IMG/VR virus record: IMGVR_UViG_3300032897_000006
Location: 1-57,754 of that record
Origin: a virus
Lineage: Duplodnaviria > Caudoviricetes
Length of the DNA: 57,754 bases
Reading direction: 5' to 3' (one strand)
Shown: in pieces, positions 37,397 through 46,078 of the stretch
How positions within the stretch are numbered: position 1 is the first letter of the stretch
Layout: each line of letters opens with the position of its first letter
Notes under the pieces: generated by a model
Seen by the model: the letters and a program-made list of their open reading frames with translations, nothing else
Told to the model about the DNA's origin: nothing
The model's database searches: none
Made by a program: the position numbers and the translations under genes

Positions 37397-38443
37397 ATGA
37401 AAAATCTTCTGTATTGTTCAATAATTTTTCTGTCTTATGTGACAGCGGCATATGCACAGATGGGGCCAGGCACCACATGCCCATCAACCGCACCCTGCTA
37501 TGTCATCATGTCTGGAGGCGGCGGAGATGTAACGGTAGATCAGGGAGTACAAGCGGCAAGTGCTGCTGGTAGTACCTGGTTCACGCAACAATATCTAGGT
37601 GGATCGGCGGTAAGCCTCACAAATCCAGTGCCGGTAACGCCAGGAACCGGATCGACATTCCCGGTCAGCGGCACGGTTGCGGCGACACAAAGCGGAACCT
37701 GGAATATCAACAGCGTGACAACGCTTCCAAGCATAACTGTTTCCAGCAGCGTATTGCCAACTGGCGCTTCGACGGCCACCAATCAAACCTCGGTCCAATC
37801 CGCCCCTGGAACGCCACAGACAACCGCCCTGACCGTCCAGGGAAACGCAAGCGGGGTAGCACTACCCGTAAGCGCCTCTGCCCTTCCCCTGCCCTCTGGA
37901 GCCTCTACAGCGACAAACCAAACGAATGTCCAATCAGCTCCCGGCACACCGCAAACCACGGCATTAACCGTACAGGGGAATGCCAGCGGTGTTGCCTTGC
38001 CGGTCAGCGCCTCGTCTCTCCCGCTTCCTACCGGAGCATCGACAGCCACGAATCAAACCGTTGTTCAATCCGCCCCTGGAACGCCACAGACGACTGCTTT
38101 GACGGTCCAGGGAAATGATAGTGGCATTGCCCTGCCGGTAAATATCGTCACATCATCGCCAAATAGGTCAATGTCTTACGCCTCGCCCCTTGCAAATGTT
38201 TCCGTTCCTACATCGTCAACGCAAATTTTGGCGGCGGGAACGTACACAAAATATTTGACGCTATGCACGGCAACAAGCGGCGGTGGAAATGTATGGCTCA
38301 ATCTGAATGGCGGAGCGGCCGTTTCTGGGCGCGGGATGTATATTCCCAAGAATGGTTGCCTTACCAACATCTATCCTCCAACCGCTGCGATATTTGGGAT
38401 TAGCGATGCAATGACATCAACCGTGAGCATTCAGGGAGGATAA
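37397..38443 (+). CDS. Repeat-containing protein with signal peptide
   Basis: Three 45-aa repeats. Confidence 0.7.
   Translation: MKNLLYCSIIFLSYVTAAYAQMGPGTTCPSTAPCYVIMSGGGGDVTVDQGVQAASAAGSTWFTQQYLGGSAVSLTNPVPVTPGTGSTFPVSGTVAATQSGTWNINSVTTLPSITVSSSVLPTGASTATNQTSVQSAPGTPQTTALTVQGNASGVALPVSASALPLPSGASTATNQTNVQSAPGTPQTTALTVQGNASGVALPVSASSLPLPTGASTATNQTVVQSAPGTPQTTALTVQGNDSGIALPVNIVTSSPNRSMSYASPLANVSVPTSSTQILAAGTYTKYLTLCTATSGGGNVWLNLNGGAAVSGRGMYIPKNGCLTNIYPPTAAIFGISDAMTSTVSIQGG
37754..38140 (+). repeat. Intragenic ~3 x 135-bp tandem repeat
   Basis: CGCCCCTGGAACGCCACAGAC at 37801 and 38071 (270 apart). Confidence 0.9.
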
Positions 38444-38445
38444 AG

Positions 38446-38694
38446 ATTCCGTCATTTCCAGCAGGCGCAGGAAGTAGCCAATGGGCAGCGCAGTTCTGGC
38501 AATTCCAGAATCCGGCCATCATCTGGTTTGTCTATGACTATTATTATCAGCAATTGCTTGTCCAGCCATCATGGACAAACCAAGTGCTTTACTACAATGT
38601 TCCGCAAATGGTGGCGCAGAATTTCTTGCTCTCGCAAAATCCGGGGCAATTCTACGCCCAGCAAATCCAGCCTGTTTACAGAAACTCGTCGTGA
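38446..38694 (+). CDS. Hidden KTSC-like ORF with ATT start
   Basis: GGGAGGA SD 5 nt before ATT; VYD..QLLV...YYNVP...FL.S.NPGQFY..QI. Confidence 0.6.
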   Translation: MPSFPAGAGSSQWAAQFWQFQNPAIIWFVYDYYYQQLLVQPSWTNQVLYYNVPQMVAQNFLLSQNPGQFYAQQIQPVYRNSS

Positions 38695-38721
38695 ATACCT
38701 TGTCCGAGAAGGAATTTATAC

Positions 38722-39018
38722 ATGCCCAACTTCAACCCGACCAGCGCTCAAAACTTTCTGCAAACAACCGCAAATTTTCAGATCACAGCGTCACTCACAG
38801 CACAGCAGCTTCCTAATCAGGTGCTAATGTCCGGCCTAACAATCCTCGCCCCCACGACGAATACGGGTACGATCTATGTGGGGACAAGCACAGTATCCGC
38901 CACGAATGGTTTCCCTCTCGTGGCTGGAGCAATGCTGGCTCTGGCCATAACCAATCCAAATCAGATTTGGATGATAGGAACAAATACAACCGACAAACTC
39001 GCGGGAATTGGGGTGTGA
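38722..39018 (+). CDS. Small beta-rich virion protein
   Basis: NTG.IYVG...V....GFPL..G. Confidence 0.7.
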   Translation: MPNFNPTSAQNFLQTTANFQITASLTAQQLPNQVLMSGLTILAPTTNTGTIYVGTSTVSATNGFPLVAGAMLALAITNPNQIWMIGTNTTDKLAGIGV

Positions 39019-39019
39019 C

Positions 39020-40009
39020 ATGAGAAAAATAATCACAGGATTATTTTTATCTATCTGCTTTATTATTCCCAGCTTTGGGCAACCAATCTACACGCCTCCG
39101 ACAAGCAGCCAATCCGCCTCAATTACATTTACTAGTTCAGGAACATATATTCCAACCAATGGGATTCTAGGCGCGTGGGTTTGGGTTGTTGCTGGCGGTT
39201 CTGGCGGCGGCGGCGGTCCGGTATGCGGCTCTAGCGCACAGTGTTCCGGTGGAGGATCAGCGGGAGGTTCTGAATATATAGGTCCGATTTGGGAACCATA
39301 TTCCGTACTTGCCCCATCCGTAACGGTTACAGTTGGACAAGGTGGAGCGGGAGGTACATTCGGAAATCCGGGAGGGTTTGGAGCGAAGAGTTCTTTTGGT
39401 TCTCTTCTTATAGCATATGCCGGAGGACCTGGTGGATGCGGTAATACGACCGGTGGAAGCCCAGGAGGACAAGGACCGTCTGCAAACACAAGTACCGGAA
39501 CTGGGGTTAGCTGTGTAAGCTCCGGTTCTGGAGGGAATTATAGTCCATCGGGAAGTGTGGGAGTAAGTGGTGTTTCGGGATTTTTGGCGCAAACTTATGT
39601 TCTCGGTTCGGCTGGCTCTGGCACAACTGCGGCTGGCGTTTGTAATGTTGCCGGAAATTTCGCAACCCCCTTATCGGGAGGATCGGGTGGAGGTTTTAAT
39701 GCCAGTGGGGTCGCACAACCTGGATGCAATGGCGTTCCGACAAGCTATAACGCAATTCCTGGCGCTGGCGGCGGTCCAACGGGCGTTGCTGGTGGAAACG
39801 GCTCTTTGCAATCCGTAACGTCGTGGCCGTTTGGACCTTGGCCTCTTATGTGCGGAGGGGGCGGCGCCAACAACCCAGGAACAGGTGGTGCGGGAGGAAA
39901 TGGCGGATTTCCTGGCGGTGGTGGATGTGGCGGTGGTGGTGGAACGGTTGCTGGAGGCGCGGGAGGAAAAGGCGCTGGAGGTGAAGTCGTTATTTTAGAG
40001 GTCCCATAA
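39020..40009 (+). CDS. Glycine-rich protein with signal peptide
   Basis: FTSSGTY..V.GG.GGG...G.G.VVI glycine-rich domain. Confidence 0.75.
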   Translation: MRKIITGLFLSICFIIPSFGQPIYTPPTSSQSASITFTSSGTYIPTNGILGAWVWVVAGGSGGGGGPVCGSSAQCSGGGSAGGSEYIGPIWEPYSVLAPSVTVTVGQGGAGGTFGNPGGFGAKSSFGSLLIAYAGGPGGCGNTTGGSPGGQGPSANTSTGTGVSCVSSGSGGNYSPSGSVGVSGVSGFLAQTYVLGSAGSGTTAAGVCNVAGNFATPLSGGSGGGFNASGVAQPGCNGVPTSYNAIPGAGGGPTGVAGGNGSLQSVTSWPFGPWPLMCGGGGANNPGTGGAGGNGGFPGGGGCGGGGGTVAGGAGGKGAGGEVVILEVP

Positions 40010-40014
40010 ATACC

Positions 40015-40263
40015 ATGAACTCAACCCCTTCCCTTTCCACGGCGGCGGCATCCAGTAGCGTTGCGATGTCCATTGCCGTGATCCTGGAATGGCTATTGTC
40101 ATTTGCAAATATCAGCATGACGCCGGATGTTCAAACGGCACTGGCGACGGTCTTAACGGCCGCAGTCCATTATTATCTGACAAAGCCAAGATGCCCGAAA
40201 TGTCCCTCTGAAACCCCCATTTCCACGGCCGCGCCACCGGAAGAGGCCGAGCATCTAGGGTAA
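40015..40263 (+). CDS. Putative holin
   Basis: Two TM segments, upstream of endolysin. Confidence 0.6.
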   Translation: MNSTPSLSTAAASSSVAMSIAVILEWLLSFANISMTPDVQTALATVLTAAVHYYLTKPRCPKCPSETPISTAAPPEEAEHLG

Positions 40264-40342
40264 AGAGAATTGGTGATTAACATATTGGATTGTGCTAAAG
40301 ACTGCCTGGCTACCCCCTCAACCAAAAACCAGGAGAACAAAA

Positions 40343-40495
40343 ATGTCTGAGGCCGTTACACCCGTCCCCGATGAAACCGAAATCCCCGCCATTGCCCCTG
40401 CCCCGGATACGCCCACCGATACGCCGCAGGCGGATACTCCAGATGCCGCCGAGGAAGCCCCTACGGCAATCCCATCTGACGAAGACGACGCCTAA
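40343..40495 (+). CDS. Acidic Pro-rich peptide
   Basis: AGGAG RBS. Confidence 0.5.
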   Translation: MSEAVTPVPDETEIPAIAPAPDTPTDTPQADTPDAAEEAPTAIPSDEDDA

Positions 40496-40501
40496 CCTCC
40501 T

Positions 40502-40942
40502 ATGTTGACCCCCTGGCCCCCAACCGATCCCGTGACCGTCCTAGCCTGTACGCTATGGATGGAAGCGCGTTCGGACGGCCAGGAGGGCATGCAGGCCGTG
40601 GCCAATACGGTTATGAACCGGGTCAATAATCCAAGATGGTTGGACAATAACATCCTTTCTGTCTGCCTGGCTCACAAGCAGTACAGCTCATGGAATGCCG
40701 GCTCGACGCAAATCCCCCTGGTCCAGAAAGCGATGGAAAATGGCGATCCGCTCTACAATGACGCACTTATCATTGCTGAATGGGCGGCTGAAGGCGCTCT
40801 ACCGGACATCACCAAAGGCGCGGACAGCTATTATTCCACAACTATGTCACCGCCATTTTGGGCCAGGGACAATGAATTCACTGTGCAAATCGGGCGGCAA
40901 CGGTTCTTCAGGACCGTATCGCCGCCCGTTGTCGATTCTTAG
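40502..40942 (+). CDS. Endolysin, SleB/Hydrolase_2 cell wall hydrolase
   Basis: LA..EARS..G..AVA..V.NRV, QYS.WN, D.T.GA..YY, P.WA. Confidence 0.9.
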   Translation: MLTPWPPTDPVTVLACTLWMEARSDGQEGMQAVANTVMNRVNNPRWLDNNILSVCLAHKQYSSWNAGSTQIPLVQKAMENGDPLYNDALIIAEWAAEGALPDITKGADSYYSTTMSPPFWARDNEFTVQIGRQRFFRTVSPPVVDS

Positions 40943-41154
40943 TTTTTCATCATCTTTGCGATGTCATCTCTGACCATAGATGCCGTATGTTCAAGAAGCT
41001 CAGGAATTTTAAAGACAAAATCCTGATCTATCGCATTGATCGAAAACCCGCTGCCGGTATTTCCGTTTATCACGATGACGATGGCGCAATCCGCATTGGT
41101 TTTTTTTAGAATGTCAACGCATAACTCATCGTATTTACCAGGGCCTTTGGGCAT
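40939..41154 (-). CDS. Hypothetical protein
   Basis: Coupled leftward operon. Confidence 0.65.
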   Translation of the reverse strand: MPKGPGKYDELCVDILKKTNADCAIVIVINGNTGSGFSINAIDQDFVFKIPELLEHTASMVRDDIAKMMKN

Positions 41155-41724
41155 TTACGTTTTTTCCTTTACCGCCTGGTCGTAAATAATCTTCATATCT
41201 TCCTCCGTCCGCATGGTCATCTGCTCCCCCGAAATCTCCATCCACTCTTTACCTTCCGTGAGAGACGGAGCGGCAAGGAACATGGCATCCGTGGATGACC
41301 ACCGGATGATAGCAGGAAATCCGTAGATTTCCGCCATCTCGGAAAGATAGTCGCGCAAGGCCGGATCACGATGGGAATCCCGCTTTTTAGGATCAACCCA
41401 AACCTGAATCACATTCACCGGATTGCCATTGGCTGTTATCCCATCGAGCATGGGATCAATAACATAGCCTACTTTGTCAGGACGCCGAAGATTGCCAGTG
41501 CGATCATCAAAAAGCCACCGGCAATTGAAATATCGGCAGGGGTCGGGGCGATTATCATAGATGGAACAGCCTTTGGAACATAAGTTCTCGCATTTTTCAT
41601 TGGCCGGTTTTTTCCTATTGGCTAAATCCACTGGCAGGAGCGTACAGCATAATTTGCAACTCCCGCATGACCTTCCTCGTACTGGCAGACCATAGATAGC
41701 GAATGACTGATTATCATCTGTCAT
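41155..41724 (-). CDS. YkgJ-like cysteine-cluster protein
   Basis: CGSCKLCC, CSIY..RP..CR.F.C. Confidence 0.75.
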   Translation of the reverse strand: MTDDNQSFAIYGLPVRGRSCGSCKLCCTLLPVDLANRKKPANEKCENLCSKGCSIYDNRPDPCRYFNCRWLFDDRTGNLRRPDKVGYVIDPMLDGITANGNPVNVIQVWVDPKKRDSHRDPALRDYLSEMAEIYGFPAIIRWSSTDAMFLAAPSLTEGKEWMEISGEQMTMRTEEDMKIIYDQAVKEKT

Positions 41725-42128
41725 GGAATCGAATACCGCGCCCGCCCGCTCTCTCCACGACTCAAAATGATCTCGCCGCTTTCTGACATTTGCTGAAGCA
41801 GGGTTTTGAAATACCGCCGATCAGCATCTTTCGCCCCCTTCCCTATGCACTCCATGGTAATGAATTGCTGGGCCACAGGCTGATCACCATCCCTGATGAT
41901 CGACACAACCTTTTCCTTCAATTCATCCATCGTGAGTTCGGTATGTAGAATCTCATGCGCCGACTTCATGTTTCTTATTTTTTCGATGGCAGACTTATCG
42001 CCTTTTTTATTGTACTTCCTTTTTTCCCGAATAATCGGATCGACACTGAGCGTATCTTCATCAACGTCATAAGTCAGGCGCGAGCTGCCCTTGATTTCGA
42101 TTTCAACGCCATTAACCATAACTTTCAT
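41721..42128 (-). CDS. Hypothetical protein, C-terminal winged-helix-like
   Basis: ATGA overlaps with neighbours. Confidence 0.65.
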   Translation of the reverse strand: MKVMVNGVEIEIKGSSRLTYDVDEDTLSVDPIIREKRKYNKKGDKSAIEKIRNMKSAHEILHTELTMDELKEKVVSIIRDGDQPVAQQFITMECIGKGAKDADRRYFKTLLQQMSESGEIILSRGESGRARYSIP

Positions 42129-42457
42129 GCGAGTCTCCAGATTGCGCTATAGCTTAGATAGATGAAGGACATTTTCTTGGTTTGTCCGGTTTCCTCGCTT
42201 TTGAGCGTGATCATGTCGCTCAAAAATCTTATTTGATTTACTTTCTTGAGTTTGATGTCGCCAAGTTTTGTTCCCAAAAAATGGCTCTCGATGCCTACGA
42301 CTTGCCAAATCGTGTTTGGAGTCAATCGTCCGAGGCAAAGAAGTTTGGTGCCGAATTCAACCTGGCTCTTGTGAAAGAATGTTTGATCCAGGATCGGCTC
42401 TGGTTTCGGCTGAGGCTCGGGCCTAATGTCGATTACTTTTCTACGGGCTTGTGCCAT
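42125..42457 (-). CDS. Hypothetical protein
   Basis: Coupled ORF. Confidence 0.65.
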   Translation of the reverse strand: MAQARRKVIDIRPEPQPKPEPILDQTFFHKSQVEFGTKLLCLGRLTPNTIWQVVGIESHFLGTKLGDIKLKKVNQIRFLSDMITLKSEETGQTKKMSFIYLSYSAIWRLA

Positions 42458-42536
42458 CCTTGATTCTTTCCTCGGTTGGTAAAACTAATTGAAACTTATA
42501 GAGACATATTTACGTGTCAACTCGCTTTGGAATTGA

Positions 42537-42845
42537 TCAATCCCGATCTTCCATCACGACTTTTCGGACGGCCGATATATGTCCCGCGAGAGCTTCAGCG
42601 TGAGTGCTGTATCGCCATAGCTCACCGTTCATCTTGCCGCCGAAGATCATGGTTTCAAACAGAACCGGAAGCCCCTCGTCCGAAAAGCGATGATCGAGGC
42701 CAAGGAAGACCGTAGATATGCGGGAATTCCGCACGAAGTCTTCAGCCACACGGCGGTTCATTTTTTCAAATTCTTGCGCCCATTTTTTTACATCATCTAT
42801 CTCCACGGGATTCTTGTCGTCATCCAGAATATAAAATCCGCTCAT
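42537..42845 (-). CDS. Conserved phage protein
   Basis: STVFLGLDH..P.LFETMIFGG..RYST..EA..GH. Confidence 0.75.
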   Translation of the reverse strand: MSGFYILDDDKNPVEIDDVKKWAQEFEKMNRRVAEDFVRNSRISTVFLGLDHRFSDEGLPVLFETMIFGGKMNGELWRYSTHAEALAGHISAVRKVVMEDRD

Positions 42846-43060
42846 GATCCCTCCTGAAGTCTGTTTCCATTATGTATCATCCATCTCAATCATTCATCAA
42901 TGATTTTATAATGTCCTAGTGAAAATGATTATGCAAGATGATATTTAAATGATTGAGAGATAATTTGCGTATTATTGACTTTAATCTGCCAATAACTCAT
43001 AAAATCACTGCAAAATGACGGTAACGTATCGTCATTGATGACTATAATAGGAAATGGTTT

Positions 43061-43387
43061 ATGAGGTATAATAAGAGTTTAAGAGCGATTTACTTGTTCG
43101 GCAATGCGTCGTTATTGCTGATGAGTACCGGTTCATTGAATCCGGCTCAGGCGCAGGAATATGTTCACGGCTACACCAGGTCGGATGGAACCTATGTGGC
43201 GCCGTATTACCGCAGCGAACCGGATGGATCGGTGACGGACAATTATTCCTATGAGGGGAATGTGAATCCCTATACCGGCGAGGAAGGGACTGACCGTTAT
43301 ACCCATGATGAGACCTCGCCCTACTATGAAGGGCCGGATGCCGAGGGCGATTCGGGGCATTCAGGGGACGATGACGGCGATAATTGA
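43061..43387 (+). CDS. Secreted protein (YV.GY.R.DGTYV.P..R family)
   Basis: Signal peptide; DN.S..GN.NPYTG. Confidence 0.75.
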   Translation: MRYNKSLRAIYLFGNASLLLMSTGSLNPAQAQEYVHGYTRSDGTYVAPYYRSEPDGSVTDNYSYEGNVNPYTGEEGTDRYTHDETSPYYEGPDAEGDSGHSGDDDGDN

Positions 43388-43484
43388 CCGCTGATTTAGT
43401 CTCTTCCGTCTCAGAAAGTTTTCTGGCAAGGTTCACGACTATGGGGAGAATCGTCTCCCCATGGTTTTCTGGAGACCAGACAGT

Positions 43485-43605
43485 AAAAACCCCGCCGGAG
43501 AGGCGGGGCAAATACTAGGCGAAAGCGAAAAAAGAGGTTGTACAGTACAAGGCAATTCTTGGCGGAATGCCTGTACAATCTCTGACAATTTGGAACGCTC
43601 GTCAA
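43485..43605 (-). ncRNA. Putative counter-transcribed copy-number RNA with its promoter
   Basis: Minus-strand TTGACG-17-GAGATT and terminator CCCCGCC..GGCGGGG+TTTTT in the rep leader. Confidence 0.45.
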
Positions 43606-43693
43606 GTCAAAGCATCGCTTTGGCTATCGGGAATTTTCGCCTGGTTTTTGCCTCTCTCGGTTGGATTTTTGCTGGAAAACAGCGGAGATTTGC

Positions 43694-44353
43694 GTGAGAG
43701 CAGTATCGTTTTTGACCGGCCGCAACCGTCGCCGGCGTGAAAAAATTTTTGGCCGGGACTATGGATCAGCTCTAAACAGAGATCAGAAGAATAAAATCAT
43801 AGATCATGCCAAGGCCTGGTCCGAGGCGCATAAGCGACCAGGACAGCACCGGGGACCGCTGACTAGGGCAACCATGGAGGTTTTGGAGGCGCTTCTATGG
43901 GACTTCCATAACGCCCATACCGGTCATTGCTTCCCATCCTATGAGACCATAGCCAAGAAGGCGAAATGCGCCGTCTCCACTGCGGCCAAGGCTATCGTGT
44001 CTCTGGAGGCGGCAGGCATCCTTACCTGGGCAAATCGGCTGGTACGCCTCACAATTAGGGGCATTCCGAAGCTAATTAGGACCAGCAACGCCTATGCCTT
44101 CAACCTTCCTCCGGGTGATTTCGGCAATTTATCGGCGCCGCATAAAATGCCTAAACCACCTAAATCCGATTATCTGTGCGGAACACTGAATCAAGATTTA
44201 TCTTATATCTTAGGGCGGATGGAATCTGTGGATAATCAGGATTCAGCAAAGGCGCGGGAGGCTTTGAAAGCCCTGGCGACAGACAGCACAGCCCGCGCCG
44301 AGAAAGAATGGCTTAGGAAGCGTGAAGCGGCGGGGAAAAATAGCCTCGACTAG
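43694..44353 (+). CDS. Plasmid-type HTH replication initiator
   Basis: CFPSYETIA..A.C..ST...AI..LE..G.L, RTSNAY. Confidence 0.7.
   Translation: MRAVSFLTGRNRRRREKIFGRDYGSALNRDQKNKIIDHAKAWSEAHKRPGQHRGPLTRATMEVLEALLWDFHNAHTGHCFPSYETIAKKAKCAVSTAAKAIVSLEAAGILTWANRLVRLTIRGIPKLIRTSNAYAFNLPPGDFGNLSAPHKMPKPPKSDYLCGTLNQDLSYILGRMESVDNQDSAKAREALKALATDSTARAEKEWLRKREAAGKNSLD
44227..44235 (-). promoter_or_regulatory. Perfect DnaA box inside rep, next to an AT-rich tract
   Basis: TTATCCACA on minus strand. Confidence 0.5.
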
Positions 44354-44407
44354 ACATTTTAGACGCTTCCAAATACCTCAATATCATCTGAAACTGGAGT
44401 ATCGCAA

Positions 44408-44764
44408 ATGGGCGAGGCGAAGCATCGCGTTTTAACTGATAACTATGACGATTTCAGGACAGTATGGACCCCTCTCGAAAAACACGTTCATGAGTGGTCT
44501 TATTCCAAAAAAAAATTTGGACAGGCTTACGGTCCAGTAAAGAGTACGGGACAGGACGTTCTCTCGGTATTGATTTGGATTTACAGAGATTTGATTTTGG
44601 CTGGAGAATTCCCAAAAATCTCAGAGATTGCTAAAGCGGCGCGTTGCGCACACTCGACCGCTTCAAACCAACTTAAGGTATTGAAAGATAATGGATTTAT
44701 AGATTTAATAAGCACCGAAGACGGGAATCCATCTAATGCGATAGATCGCTATGAAAATCATTGA
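44408..44764 (+). CDS. Short paralog of the Rep HTH domain
   Basis: GP...VL..L.W..FP....IAK.A.CA.ST. Confidence 0.7.
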   Translation: MGEAKHRVLTDNYDDFRTVWTPLEKHVHEWSYSKKKFGQAYGPVKSTGQDVLSVLIWIYRDLILAGEFPKISEIAKAARCAHSTASNQLKVLKDNGFIDLISTEDGNPSNAIDRYENH

Positions 44765-44983
44765 ACCATTTTTGTGTTCTTGGATTGTTCTACAAAATAC
44801 GCTATGGCGGCTTTGGCGCCTCGGACAAAGAATGTGAGCATCAGCGGGTCTTGGGTTCCGAGATCGTCAAGGGCCTGAAGCGATGTCATGCCAATTGGCC
44901 TCTGCTTCTTCAGACATGCCTCGATCATCCGTACCGCCAGTTCAGCCTCGTCAAGCTCGATGATCAGGCTAGGTTTTTGTTTG

Positions 44984-45160
44984 TCAGAGATTTTGTTCCT
45001 CCGCTATTTTTTCATTCAGAACGCTCTTAGCCTCTTCGATTGCGCAATCCATGGCGTCATCCCATCCGCGCTTATACGCAACGCGCTCGCATGCGGCCAG
45101 TGATAAGGCCTGGATGATGAAGGCGGCTACCATTACCATAAATGCGATTTGATAGTTCAT
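44984..45160 (-). CDS. Small membrane protein
   Basis: Hydrophobic N-terminus. Confidence 0.5.
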   Translation of the reverse strand: MNYQIAFMVMVAAFIIQALSLAACERVAYKRGWDDAMDCAIEEAKSVLNEKIAEEQNL

Positions 45161-45174
45161 GGATGTTCCCCCGA

Positions 45175-45396
45175 TTATTTTTTTACCACGGTCAATGGCT
45201 GGGCCGGTACGATCTTTAAGCCAACCAAATCCATGATTTCCTGACACGCCTCCTGGTGTCCTGTGACCTGGCGGCCGGCATCCAAATCGCGCAAGCGCCG
45301 CTGCAAATAGGATTGAAGATTTTCCAGGGCCTGCTCCGCCGCATCCATGCGCCTTCTCAACTCGATGGATGGCGTGTTTTCTTTTTGTTCTTGCAC
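45175..45396 (-). CDS. Hypothetical protein
   Basis: GGAGAG RBS, GTG start. Confidence 0.55.
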   Translation of the reverse strand: MQEQKENTPSIELRRRMDAAEQALENLQSYLQRRLRDLDAGRQVTGHQEACQEIMDLVGLKIVPAQPLTVVKK

Positions 45397-45695
45397 GTCA
45401 CTCTCCGGTGAAAATCTCCCCCTCCGTGTTTGGGGCTTGCAGGGTCTCTACGGAGGGGGAAGTTTAGACTGATTATGATGTGTCCAGCCTGGTTATTGGG
45501 GAACTAGACCATTTCATACTAGAAATAGCTTATCCATTATGTCAATGGAAACCAGCATCATTGATATTGATTTAAGTTAATGTAGGTGTGATTGAGTCTA
45601 TGACTAATTTATTGTTTGAATTTATATAATCTCTGTTGACACTTGATTTGAAATCAATCACTACTAATATACAATTCACCAAGGAGGTATTTAAT

Positions 45696-46073
45696 GTGAA
45701 TGATGATTTGATTGAAAAATTGCGATCCCTTGACGGCCGCAATTCATCTTCCACACTTCGCAATTTGATGCCGGTGATTGATCCGCAGATTAAGCGTGGT
45801 GTGTCTCATGAGGCGGTGATTGCCACGCTGGCTGAGGCTGGCATGAAGGTGAATATCTACACCTTTCGTTCAGCGCTCTACGCCTACCGGAAGAAGCAGC
45901 GCCAGCTCGGGGGGAAGATTGAAGCCTCGGATCAGCCTGTGCAGGCCCAATCCGCACAAATCTCGCAAACAGCCGATCCCCAGGCAGTGCTGGAGCAAGC
46001 CTTAGACCCCAATGGGCGCGAAAGCCTCGGGGATCATTACCTTACACGCCGTCCCCCCATCATCAGGAGTTAA
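45696..46073 (+). CDS. stbA: StbA-like plasmid stability protein
   Basis: LR.LMP.I....GV.H..V...L...G......F.S.LY..RK; upstream of stbB. Confidence 0.6.
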   Translation: MNDDLIEKLRSLDGRNSSSTLRNLMPVIDPQIKRGVSHEAVIATLAEAGMKVNIYTFRSALYAYRKKQRQLGGKIEASDQPVQAQSAQISQTADPQAVLEQALDPNGRESLGDHYLTRRPPIIRS

Positions 46074-46078
46074 AAACA

